A stretch of 64,000 nt of DNA, taken from positions 14,313-78,312 of the forward strand of contig JAJCZR010000004.1 in the NCBI GenBank assembly GCA_029262295.1. Direction: 5' to 3'. The position numbers were made by a program, and so were the translations under genes. The notes below the pieces were generated by a model that saw nothing but the letters and a program-made list of their open reading frames with translations, searched no databases and had not been told where the DNA came from. This stretch comes from Deltaproteobacteria bacterium. GTDB taxonomy: Bacteria > Desulfobacterota_D > UBA1144 > Nemesobacterales > Nemesobacteraceae. This document shows positions 20,501-28,639 of this stretch, in pieces (the first letter of the stretch is position 1; every line of letters begins with the position of its first letter).

Positions 20501-23500
20501 AATGCATTTTCTTTATTGAGCATTGCAATATGATAATTTGTTGCTGCGTATATGAGGGGATAATTTTCAAGGTTAAATTCATCGAGTGATTCCTTATAAG
20601 TATTTATAAGGTTTTCATAAGACTCAGGTGTATTTACCTTATTATGGAAAAGCCTGTAGGCATTGGCAAGATTGATACTTGCCCTTTGTCTTACCACCTC
20701 CCCCACCTGTCCAGTATCATCCTGCGACATCTGGGCAACTGACCTCAAAATATCAATTGCCTTTTCACACTCGTCATTTTCTGCTGAGCAAGTCGAGTTA
20801 TAGATATGGGCAACACCGAGGTTGTTTTTAAGTGCTGATTCAAGATAATCAGTCCCAAAGCTGTTTAGAATTTCCTTTGAAGATTCAATATCCACGATCG
20901 CAGCATTAATATAAGAATCTTTTTCCCTGTGTGAGAAAAGAAACAGATTACAGCATGCACTATTATTTTTTATTGCAGCATAAACGCCTGGATTCCTTTC
21001 GGAATTTATTTCCTTCAAGGATAGTTCAAAATTATCAAATATAGTGGATATATCTTCATTTGAATGTGAACCATCAAATTCCGACAAAAAAAGCTTGGCA
21101 TTTGAATAGTTGTTTCTACAAATAGATAGTTCAGTGTTAGCGCCAATACTTTCAAAATATTCAATTGCACTTGAATAATCAGTGAGCGCCGGATCTAGTA
21201 AACCTTTATCATTATTGATCTCATAAAGCGTACATTTGGAATTAGAAAGATTGTTTTTTACAGTTAATAGTAGCTCAAGGTTATCTTCAGGTATCAACTC
21301 AATCGATTCATTAAAAATTTCAGACGCTTTGCTTAGATTTGCCTCAGCCTCCATAACCTCAGATAACACGCAGTAACTTGCACCAAGGTTGTTTAATACA
21401 AGGGCATGATCGATTTCATGTGACTGTGATTCAATATAGTCTGCTGAACTACTTAGTTGCCTTACAGACTCAAGGGCATTTTCTTTTTTATTTTCAATAA
21501 ATGCGAGTTTTCTATGTAAATTACCGAGATTGTTGGATATTTTTGCATATTGTATTGGATAAACATCAGATTTAAAATATCTTGAAGCATTTTTATATGC
21601 CTCAATAGCCTTATAGATATTGCTAACATTAAGACCATCTTTAAGGTCATTTGAAAACAGGCCTCCAAGTTCAATTTGAATAAGGCTGTATTCTTCAGGA
21701 AAAAACTCATGTTTAAAATAGCCCAGTGATTCAAGATTTGCTCTTATTGAAGATTGAAGCACTTCTGGATCTTTTTCATAGACATAAAGCTCTTTATAAG
21801 ATCTTGCTATTTTTCTCATGATAAAGCCATATTTACTTGGGTTACTTTCTCCCTCGAAGACTCTTTTAGATTCTTCAAATGAAGAAATGGCTTTCTTTAT
21901 CAAATCAGGGCTTCCATCAAAAAAGGCTACATCAAGATAGGAATCACCAAGGTTATTCTGGATCATTGCATAGTTGTCTGGATACTCATCAAAGGAGTAA
22001 ACCTTTAGCGATTCATTAAACGAGTTAATGGCATTTTCAAGATAGGTTTTGTTATCTGTTTCCTCTGCAAGAGAAGTGTATGCAACCCCGATATTATTTT
22101 GTGTCATTGCATAATCAATTGGGGATCTTTCATAAGTTATAAATTCTGAAGAAACTTTATAACACTCAATTGCCTTATTGCAGTTCGCTTCCTTGTTTTC
22201 AAACTCAGAGAGGGCACTATAGGCATTTCCAAGATTATTTACCGTGGAGTAATATGTTTCAGGAAAATCATCTTTATTGTATATCTCAAGGGCCTGTGTA
22301 TATGAATCAATTGCTTTTGTGCAATAATCGCTTTCAAACTCAAGCTGCGAGAGCATCTCGAAAGTGGCCCCTGCATTTCTTTTAATTTCAGCAAAATCCT
22401 CAGGTTTATGATCACTACTAAAAAACTGCAAACTTTGTTCGTATGAATCTATAGCCCTATGGCAACTTTCAACATTTCTTTCAAATTCACCTTCAAGCCT
22501 GTAAGAAGTGCCAAGGTTTCTGTTTAATGTTCCATAATATTCAGGCTGTTCTTTGGGGTCAACAAGTCTGAGTGCATCTTCATAACATTTAATCGCTTCT
22601 TTTATTCTATCTTTATGTTCATCCTCATGAGAAATTTTTAGATGAGAGTCGCCCATCTTTGTTTTAATATCAAGATACTGCTCAGTTTGCGTATCGCTAT
22701 CAATAAAATTAAGTGCTTCTTCAAGGTGTTCAGTTGCTTTTATACAGTTTTCAATTTTGTCTTCAGATTTTGATAATAGAAGATAAGCCTCACTCAGCCC
22801 TAAAAGGGCCTCAGGATATCTTTCATCATCTTTTTTATCCTCAAGCATTAAAATAACCCTTTCGTAACTTTCTACTGAGGATTTAATTATTGTATTATCT
22901 TCACTAATATCACCAGCTTTTCCCAAAGCATGGGAAAGTTTAGTCTCAATATCCAAATCATCGTATTCTATCGCAACTTCTTCAAAAGAAGCCTTTGAAG
23001 CCGAAAAGCTTTCAATTGCTTTATTGTAGATATCAAGTTCTGCGCTCTCTTTAGCTTTATTCAGATAAGAAATTCCAAGATTATAGTTGATATTTGCATT
23101 TTTGATTAGGCTTTCTTTATTGGCCGGAAGTGAAATTATCTCTTCAAAAAGTCCTATCGCTTTTTGATTTTCACCAAGCTTAATACATGAAACTGCAAGG
23201 TTGTTTTTAATATCCAGGATTAATGCCGACTCGTCCTCAGAGGAGAGAAGTTCTAAAGCTTTGATATAAAAGAAGCTTGCCTTTGTAGCAAGCGAGTTAT
23301 CTTTGTCATCTGAGAGCAAACATGCATCTGCAAGATTCTTTAAATTTTCAATACTAACTTCAATATCGCTATCAGCATTAACAATATTTTCTGTAAAGGT
23401 TTTTAAAACTTCACTAAACCGGGCCTTGTCATTTTCATCTGCATCACAAATTCTTTTGGTCAAAATTGAAATGGCAAGATAATTAATATTTAAAAGAAGG

Positions 23501-24228
23501 GCTTTATTTTCATCATCAAGATTTGAGTATTCAGCACTTGCTGCTTCAAAATCTTTTATACTCAGATTTTCATGATCTTCAGCTTTATTTAGAAACTCAG
23601 AAATTGCACTTGATTCTGATAATGATTTTATTTCGTTTCGTATTTGCTCAAGCAGTTTATTATCCAGGGAGTTGTTTTTAATTCCTGAATTTACAAGCTC
23701 AATAAACTGCTCTTTACTTTCCTCAAAATTGGAAAAATCAAGTTCTACAAGATTAAGGTTGTTATCAAGAAAATTTTCTGAAATGGATTTAATATTAGAG
23801 AAAAAAGCTTCATCATCTTTTATAAAATCTGCTTCATGCCCCGAGAGTGTTTCAGAAAGGTTAGTCAGTTTTTCAAAAAAAGCTTTGTTAGAGGAGCTTA
23901 GTAAAGCAATTGATGGAGTATTTGATTTTTGTAGTTGGCCATAAACAAGCACTGTCTTTGGGCTAAAACCATCCAGGATAAAAATATTAAGTGCCGAGCT
24001 TTTATTTATTTTAGAAATGTTATCAATATCTACATCTTTTTCGTTGATTGTATTTATTCTTATGGATTTTGAACTGAGATATGACTTAACCTTATTAATA
24101 GCTTCAGGGCTATTTAAAGTATTAAAAACAGAAGGATAGATAAGGTTACAGGGGACCGGTGTACCAAGAAATAAACTTGTTGATTGAGATTTTGTGAGAT
24201 CAATTTTATAAATTCTGTTTTTAGACAT
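14515..24228 (-). CDS. giant TPR-repeat protein (3237 aa) with an internal acidic low-complexity linker
   Basis: Single uninterrupted ORF. A TPR-like motif of 40-42 aa (..NNLGxAY..L.....KAI..Y..AL..Y....P..YA.) recurs along the length. An E/D-rich segment lies roughly at DNA 16080-16560. The C-terminal ~500 aa form a near-consensus TPR array, visible at DNA level as ~126-nt periodicity in 14515-15900. Confidence 0.85.
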   Translation of the reverse strand: MSKNRIYKIDLTKSQSTSLFLGTPVPCNLIYPSVFNTLNSPEAINKVKSYLSSKSIRINTINEKDVDIDNISKINKSSALNIFILDGFSPKTVLVYGQLQKSNTPSIALLSSSNKAFFEKLTNLSETLSGHEADFIKDDEAFFSNIKSISENFLDNNLNLVELDFSNFEESKEQFIELVNSGIKNNSLDNKLLEQIRNEIKSLSESSAISEFLNKAEDHENLSIKDFEAASAEYSNLDDENKALLLNINYLAISILTKRICDADENDKARFSEVLKTFTENIVNADSDIEVSIENLKNLADACLLSDDKDNSLATKASFFYIKALELLSSEDESALILDIKNNLAVSCIKLGENQKAIGLFEEIISLPANKESLIKNANINYNLGISYLNKAKESAELDIYNKAIESFSASKASFEEVAIEYDDLDIETKLSHALGKAGDISEDNTIIKSSVESYERVILMLEDKKDDERYPEALLGLSEAYLLLSKSEDKIENCIKATEHLEEALNFIDSDTQTEQYLDIKTKMGDSHLKISHEDEHKDRIKEAIKCYEDALRLVDPKEQPEYYGTLNRNLGTSYRLEGEFERNVESCHRAIDSYEQSLQFFSSDHKPEDFAEIKRNAGATFEMLSQLEFESDYCTKAIDSYTQALEIYNKDDFPETYYSTVNNLGNAYSALSEFENKEANCNKAIECYKVSSEFITYERSPIDYAMTQNNIGVAYTSLAEETDNKTYLENAINSFNESLKVYSFDEYPDNYAMIQNNLGDSYLDVAFFDGSPDLIKKAISSFEESKRVFEGESNPSKYGFIMRKIARSYKELYVYEKDPEVLQSSIRANLESLGYFKHEFFPEEYSLIQIELGGLFSNDLKDGLNVSNIYKAIEAYKNASRYFKSDVYPIQYAKISNNLGNLHRKLAFIENKKENALESVRQLSSSADYIESQSHEIDHALVLNNLGASYCVLSEVMEAEANLSKASEIFNESIELIPEDNLELLLTVKNNLSNSKCTLYEINNDKGLLDPALTDYSSAIEYFESIGANTELSICRNNYSNAKLFLSEFDGSHSNEDISTIFDNFELSLKEINSERNPGVYAAIKNNSACCNLFLFSHREKDSYINAAIVDIESSKEILNSFGTDYLESALKNNLGVAHIYNSTCSAENDECEKAIDILRSVAQMSQDDTGQVGEVVRQRASINLANAYRLFHNKVNTPESYENLINTYKESLDEFNLENYPLIYAATNYHIAMLNKENALINNEMVPYKECLSCLEESQLGFKGEKHIYENGVVDYEIGSMSLSLYQQEKDDNHLNKSAAHLESSLNIFDSEEFPNKNAHINLQLATAKFELGSTKNDLGLMFDSIENYENISGFFNEKDYPNENSEIRSKLKAAHELLLAENKSFDNTQDGVEYYNKLLGIFESKDTGMNTSGIEINLGELYLKSYEVNENNEFLNKANTAFKNALKSIDRQGEPEKYYSTLLSSADIDGKLGVTSKDADLLNNKISKIEEGLSFFNKEKDQNRYVALNSDIAETYATLYSITGEESKLFDSNHYFKQALNSIESGSQQYSDISKIYLANKQTLVDSFYENEDFGKVIDLIEKDIDFIDSEPNTEYSATSFITLGDSYQKLAQKEYNKDSLTRSIENYCMSLEYFSKENFSDKYFSIQKNIYQSSKLLFENEADTNYLNNSISTVDDLIHFCNDNNLLDEAKDYSAEKAGLLFINSENEFNSGNSKQAILLSQQSLQYYDAENYPDKYASIQKLMGRCYFENSDSENQIEDLHNSITCFNEAKNIFLNSDSSSSDEVGDINSYLEKVYEKLVEEDGHYDNEKKVEYLGSLISLYKENERYEALPSAYKDIAKTYFSLGETKNDIDLYKTSIINFKNYMSYLDEVNDFTELAAIQTMMGNISNEIYGLSEEKEPLSDAIEHYEKARELYMFNKEDEEVAVISSKLFDNYRLYGNIYENKEELETALFFYEKATQLIDEEKRDQLFYEQKLKNAGLFSTLADANNDYDTYTKAVECYRISFSSISENEKKADVAIKLGELFEKLYSINNDNSKPGKALEFYKNSLSYIPSGDQKLLNEVNDKIARLMHESAEADFTKSGKLSEDKYIDLLTHFTLEKEPAKYAEINLKLANHFKEKFQESANKADADNTINYSNASLLVYKKEDSPTQFENAELNIKSIYESLLENGPFSFKEREGYITKLKEIASNAGNSGEIAKYNLILAKSYLDEPTEALDKNDFDEFMSSLKQSAGFAENEDPKNAGELQYFIARLYNRISVESDNTEYASKALEYFDKFVNNSNIDAADPRLSEVKEIIDEAGLLEAKSYRENGELTLAIEKYKEVLQGFSEEKSQEKYFEINLNLADICFSLFEDKKDESLLIDSENHYRIAESYFTEKENSSIYSHINERMNEIFNLNFEFLKSKENVREKISTVDVLLAKYPEQDYPERNFQLQKLKGFSLVELYDSDSNAEDIYSAEKILNEVLQSVEKLGTKEDTAEINLNFAFINHSLFAINEERVKLDYALALYNSAMDFYENEKNGEKITEIKPKIDEVKEILASFDTVEPVDEEPVETEVLLASAEEEKVDEEKEIEVEAATHSTNPSELLEAKEDSESDDVLELVDEMIEESSSLKMSEDRQIEGEPSEILADNTLSEDEITEESLEAKVEEEQKEEFAPEQEAPEVVASEDEQKAPSMTKEYKARLENINKKDSPSEFIEVSRKLSESYVADAENGVNLLGYSEAIKNYKNAINEIDEKEQPSFYAEISRDLIGIYPENVREIDLREYKNMLTIAENALNYFNSKDFPEDHAAINKNIGIVNTSLAEREGQLKYYKDSIPFYDKALKIITKQSNPQDYAIINMNLGIAYGVISEIEFDNKAFMNSIKSYEHALESFDKEKSPGEYALVNKYLGIAYGTYGERNNDSGYLEKSVVCYEDSLNYFSIDDNTNDYGLINRNLGNNYLKLIETNNDPEFCKKGIKAYESALEYYSFSKTPFVYASIYNNIGSIYSALSDLEDKVENCEKAIDSYSKVLKVYDINDNPMEFAAANNNLGIVHRNLAEVNNKAVNSTKAISFYEKSLKAYSLKDFPIQYSNTQNNLGTAYRTLAEEENKIDNCKKAISSYKRALKVRTIENMPIQFAATQNNLGVAYRTLSEVESKSNNCKNAISSYESALIVYSFEKFPIQYATTRNNLAGAYSTLAESEDKKQNYSNSIKSYREAQKVFSQNQFPDIYNMIEENIVYLQNNVD

Positions 24229-24553
24229 CTTAATTCCCCAAAATCACTTTAGCAAAAAAACCTTTTAATTTCAAACTGTTAGAATCGAAATTTAAAGCCA
24301 TTGCTTAATTTTAAATCAACAATTGATCTTTGAAAAAATGGGTTGACCTTGCAGGGATTAAGATGATTAATCAGAACTAATGATGATTTATAAAAAGTTC
24401 TTAAAATAACCTTTCTCCTTTAAAGGTGGTTCAGCAGCCATATTAAAATCCAACTTAGGCCTGACACTTTGCGCCCTATTCTTTCAAATAGTTTGCCTTT
24501 ATCTATTAAAGGTAAACTTTATGCAACAAATCAATTATATAGCATTTTAAAAA

Positions 24554-24904
24554 TTATTCATCTGGTTTTGTAATTGCCTTTAATTTACCGAGTTCCTTTC
24601 TTGCATTTTCATGAACTAAACGGAGCTCTTCTTCAAGATCAGATACCTCCTGTTCAACCTTTGCCACTTCTATGCACCTTGCTTTTATGCTCTCAGAATC
24701 AAATTCGTCTTTAGTCTTAAACTGTTTAAAAACAAACTCACCTACCTCTTTTATCTCTTTACCTTTCTTACGCTTATGGGCTTGTAATTTATTTTTAAGC
24801 TTCACAGTATCATAAGCCTCTTTCGACCTTATATTTACGACTCTTAACCCTTTATTAAGCCCCGATTTTATCTTTGAAAGAATATCATCATTGTATGGAT
24901 CCAT
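24554..24904 (-). CDS. small charged coiled-coil protein, function unknown
   Basis: 116 aa, K/E-rich and predicted helical. Same strand as the giant TPR gene and 325 bp upstream of it. Confidence 0.45.
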   Translation of the reverse strand: MDPYNDDILSKIKSGLNKGLRVVNIRSKEAYDTVKLKNKLQAHKRKKGKEIKEVGEFVFKQFKTKDEFDSESIKARCIEVAKVEQEVSDLEEELRLVHENARKELGKLKAITKPDE

Positions 24905-25080
24905 ATTCGACTCCTTTTAATTATTATTAATATAAAGTTAATAGTAATCTAACCGTTCTGGATTTTGAATAAACATTAATTTACTGAATAAGTTGTAATA
25001 TTGAGTGAATTTTCAGTATCATTAAACTTTAAAATCTCTGGAAACTTCAAAACTTTCTGTTTTCGTTCGACTTTGCTTAA

Positions 25081-26307
25081 ATGAAAATCTTTTATGGTTG
25101 GTATATAGTAGCTGCAGGGCTTTTTTTGATTATTCTGGATGGGCTTCTTCTTTATTCATTCGGCATATTTCTTCCCTACATTCTGGAAAACTTCTCCATC
25201 TCAACTGCCACAGGAGCGTCCCTATTTTCCGTTAGATGTTTTGTGCTTGCATTCTCAATAGTATTTGCAGGAAGAATGATTGATAAACACAATCCAAGAT
25301 ACGTGACTTTTATTGGTGGATTGATTGCAGCTCTGGGATTATTTCTTTCCGCTTATGCTACTGAACTTTGGCAACTTTACATTACTTATAGTGTAATGAT
25401 AGGAATAGGTGATGGGTTTTTATATATTGTGCCCGTTACGGTAATAAGCAGATGGTTTAGCAATAAAAGGGCCCTTGCAATTGGAATTGCTACTACAGGC
25501 GTGCCAATAAGCGGCCTTTTTGTAAACCCTCTCTCTGCATGGTTAATTGAATCTTTTGGATACCAAAGTGCTTTTATATACCTCTCATTACTATTTGTGA
25601 TTATTCTCTGCGCATCTTTTGTAATCAGATCTAGCCCCAAGGAAATGAGCCTTGAAGCTTACGGCGATAAAAAAAGCGATACAAAAGATAAGACGAAACC
25701 AATGAGTGAAGAGTGGACTGCAAAAGAAGCGTTTTCAGGAAAATCTTTCTGGCTCTTATACTTTATATTCTTTACAGGCTTTAACGCTTTTTTGATAATT
25801 ATCATCAACCTTTACAATTTTTGCATAGACTCTGGCATCTCGGCAATTACAGCTGCAGGAGCCCCCGCAGCAATAGGACTTGGAAGTATAATCGGAAGGA
25901 CTTTCTTTTCTGGAATTGTCACCAGATACCTTGAAAATACAAAAATACTTTTTGTCTGTTACTTCTTTCAGGCGTGTTCAATCCTGCTCCTGCTTGTATT
26001 AAAAGAAGTATGGACTTTATATCTGTTTGGTTTTCTTTTTGGTTTTTTCTATAGCGGATGGGTACCAATGTTCCCAACTATACTTGGAAGTTTTTACGGG
26101 CTTGGGTCACTCGGTACAATATTTGGACTTTTTGGAACAGGGTTTTCTGTTGCTGCCTTAACTGGCCCACTTGTGGCTGGAAGCCTTTTTGATCATACAA
26201 ACAGCTACTTTCTGCCGTTTGCACTTGCAGCAGCATTCTGCTTTCTTACTGCTTTTTTAACATTTTTAATAAAACCGCCTGAGAAAGTTAAAACAAAATC
26301 AGTTTAG
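25081..26307 (+). CDS. MFS transporter (OFA-like)
   Basis: 408 aa with 12 predicted TM helices and a central charged loop. Confidence 0.8.
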   Translation: MKIFYGWYIVAAGLFLIILDGLLLYSFGIFLPYILENFSISTATGASLFSVRCFVLAFSIVFAGRMIDKHNPRYVTFIGGLIAALGLFLSAYATELWQLYITYSVMIGIGDGFLYIVPVTVISRWFSNKRALAIGIATTGVPISGLFVNPLSAWLIESFGYQSAFIYLSLLFVIILCASFVIRSSPKEMSLEAYGDKKSDTKDKTKPMSEEWTAKEAFSGKSFWLLYFIFFTGFNAFLIIIINLYNFCIDSGISAITAAGAPAAIGLGSIIGRTFFSGIVTRYLENTKILFVCYFFQACSILLLLVLKEVWTLYLFGFLFGFFYSGWVPMFPTILGSFYGLGSLGTIFGLFGTGFSVAALTGPLVAGSLFDHTNSYFLPFALAAAFCFLTAFLTFLIKPPEKVKTKSV

Positions 26308-26444
26308 TAAAAATTTTATATACGTTTTATATGTCATCTCAAACTAGATTTAGCATCCAGGATTTTCACCAGGATTATAAATACATCTCAGGCTTCACCA
26401 GATTGCTGCAATACTATTATTCAACTGATAGTTTTTCTTTACTT

Positions 26445-26480
26445 CTATTCTGGATACCGGATCGGGGTCCGGTATGACAA
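26445..26480 (+). repeat. TGTCAT-hairpin repeat family, copy 2
   Basis: ctattCTGGATACCGGAtcggggTCCGGTATGACAa. Same flanks as copies at 6918 and 40494; stem carries compensatory changes (GGA/TCC where copy 1 has GCA/TGC). Confidence 0.6.
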
Positions 26481-26500
26481 TGTGGTATCTTTCGTTTAAT

Positions 26501-26548
26501 CCCCCTCACCCTAACCCTCTCCCACGGAGTGGAGAGGGGATATTGAGG
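26501..26548 (+). repeat. nested hairpin CCTCA..CCCTCTCC-loop-GGAGAGGG..TGAGG (module d)
   Basis: Perfect 8-9 bp inner stem. A related copy in opposite orientation lies at 6753-6790. Confidence 0.5.
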
Positions 26549-26570
26549 TGCATCCTGCATCATGCATCCC

Positions 26571-26720
26571 TTATTTTCCCTGACACCTAATCCCTAAAAC
26601 CTAACACCTATCTTTTCCTAACCACTACCTACTATCCACTAATACCTAAAACCTAACACCTGCATCATGTATCCTGCATCTTGCCTTTTACTAACACCTA
26701 AAACCTAATCCAGTTATATT
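26571..26720 (+). repeat. G-depleted CTAA/CCTAA-rich tract bounded by ATCCTGCATC-type motifs
   Basis: About 150 nt with almost no G on the + strand. cctaaaacctaacacct occurs three times. catcctgcatcatgcatcc lies at 26549-26570 and ctgcatcatgtatcctgcatc at 26660-26690. Confidence 0.5.
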
Positions 26721-26729
26721 AAACATCTA

Positions 26730-26966
26730 ATGTTTGGACTCGGAGCATCTGAATTAATAATAATTCTCGTTATTGCACTTATTGTGCTTGGGCCTAAGGA
26801 GATACCAAAGGTTGCAAGGACTCTTGGACGAGGGATGAGAGAACTTGAGCGTGCAAAAAATGATCTCAAAAAGAATATTGAGTTTAATGAAGATGATATT
26901 GATTTAGATAAAGTAATTGATGCAAAAGACGACAATAAAAGCAGTGAAAATGAAGCTAAAACTTAA
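26730..26966 (+). CDS. tatA: twin-arginine translocase subunit TatA/E
   Basis: MFGLGASELIIILVIALIVLGPKEIPKVARTLGRG is the canonical TatA N-terminal TM plus amphipathic helix. Confidence 0.85.
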   Translation: MFGLGASELIIILVIALIVLGPKEIPKVARTLGRGMRELERAKNDLKKNIEFNEDDIDLDKVIDAKDDNKSSENEAKT

Positions 26967-27042
26967 TATTTTAAGCAATATTTGCTTAATTTAACCTCTC
27001 AGATACTATTTACACAACTTGTTTAAAGCCGGATAAATCTTT

Positions 27043-28638
27043 ATGCCTAAAGTTATAATCGATGGAAACGAAATTGAAGTAGAAGAAGGGCTCAATCTCA
27101 TACAGGCCGCTTCAAAATTGGGCATTGAAATACCTCATTTTTGTTATCATCCTTCCCTTAGTATTGTAGCTCAGTGCAGGCAATGTTTGGTCGAAGTTGA
27201 AGGAGTGCCGAAAGTCTTACCTGCCTGCAACACATTTGTAAGAGATGGGCTTGAAGTTAAAACCAATACAGAAAAAGCACTAAAAGCCAGAGAAGCAACA
27301 CTTGAGTTTACACTTATAAATCATCCACTCGACTGCCCTATTTGTGATAAAGGAGGGGAATGCCCTCTTCAAATAACCACATTTAACCATGGCCCGGGTG
27401 GAAGTAGATTTGGTGGCCCTGAAAATAAAAAAGTCAGACAAAAATATTATCTGAGTGACAAGATAATGTACGATCCCAACAGGTGCATTATGTGTACAAG
27501 ATGCGTGCGTTTTACTGATGAAGTTACCAAAACTTCTGAACTGGGAACAAGTGGTAGGGGATTTAGAAAGAAAATATCTGTATTTCCCGGAAAAGAACTT
27601 AACAACGAACTCGCAGGAAATGTAATTGATATATGCCCTGTGGGAGCTTTATTAAATAAAGACACTCTTCACGAAGAGCGTGTTTGGTATTGGGAATTCA
27701 CGGATTCAGTTTGCTCACTTTGCAGTAATGGCTGTAATATCACCGTGGGTGTTGATCCCAGGAAAGGAAAAGTATCGAGAATAAGGCCAAGGGCAAATGA
27801 TGAAGTAAATGATTTCTGGATATGTGATAGAGGCAGATACGACTTTAAAGAAGTTCAGGAAGATAAAAGACTTAATGATCCAATTTATAAAAACGGGAAT
27901 GGATATGAAATCACCACCTGGGAAAATGCAGTAAGTGAGTTTCATACTAAATTTTCTGAAATCAGTAATGAATTTTCAGCTAATGTGGCAATAATCGGTT
28001 CAGCAAAACTAACAAATGAAGAAATCTTTCTTTTAACCAAACTCACTTCCAAAATTAAAAGCGCAAGATTAGTTTCAACAGTTGGAACTAAACATATAGA
28101 GAAGAAATTCAATATTCTAAGCAACGACCCTTATCCAAATAGTGAGGGGATAAGAAATTTTGAGATTGCAGAAAATCCAAGTGACATTGAAGAAACTATA
28201 GATTCAATAATCGATGGAAAGATCAATATGTTATTTGTTGTAAATGAAGATCTTTTTCAAATAGTTGATGAAAGTAAGGCACAGAAACTTAAAAGTGCCC
28301 TTGAGAACCAAAGGTACCTTGTTGTGCTTGATTCAAAACTCACTGAGACAGGAAGACTTGCAGACCTTATTCTTGCAGGTGCAACACCCTATGAAAAAGA
28401 TGGGACTTTCACAAACGATCAGGGAAGAATTCAAAAGATTAAAAAAGCGATAAATCCTCCAGGTAACGCCAAGCCCGACTGGCAAGTGCTGACTATGCTT
28501 GGGAAAAAATTCGAAAATGCGCTTTTTGATTACTCATCCCCATCTGAAATTATGGATGATATTAGCGAGAACTATGAAAGTTTTGAACAAATAAACTACG
28601 ATAGAATTGGTACTCTGGGAAGAGCAAAACTAAACTAA
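27043..28638 (+). CDS. nuoG: NADH-quinone oxidoreductase subunit G-like Fe-S protein (short form, 531 aa)
   Basis: N-terminal 2Fe-2S ferredoxin fold (CYHPSLSIVAQCRQCLVEV), a His-ligated 4Fe-4S motif (HPLDCPICDKGGECPLQ), and CxxCxxC...CP motifs. Confidence 0.75.
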   Translation: MPKVIIDGNEIEVEEGLNLIQAASKLGIEIPHFCYHPSLSIVAQCRQCLVEVEGVPKVLPACNTFVRDGLEVKTNTEKALKAREATLEFTLINHPLDCPICDKGGECPLQITTFNHGPGGSRFGGPENKKVRQKYYLSDKIMYDPNRCIMCTRCVRFTDEVTKTSELGTSGRGFRKKISVFPGKELNNELAGNVIDICPVGALLNKDTLHEERVWYWEFTDSVCSLCSNGCNITVGVDPRKGKVSRIRPRANDEVNDFWICDRGRYDFKEVQEDKRLNDPIYKNGNGYEITTWENAVSEFHTKFSEISNEFSANVAIIGSAKLTNEEIFLLTKLTSKIKSARLVSTVGTKHIEKKFNILSNDPYPNSEGIRNFEIAENPSDIEETIDSIIDGKINMLFVVNEDLFQIVDESKAQKLKSALENQRYLVVLDSKLTETGRLADLILAGATPYEKDGTFTNDQGRIQKIKKAINPPGNAKPDWQVLTMLGKKFENALFDYSSPSEIMDDISENYESFEQINYDRIGTLGRAKLN

Positions 28639-28639
28639 A

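Noticed and set aside
26510-26720. ccctaa/ttaggg telomere-like motif as a sign of a linear replicon end
   Set aside because: Only isolated hexamers within a degenerate CTAA-rich tract. There is no tandem array and ordinary genes lie on both sides.
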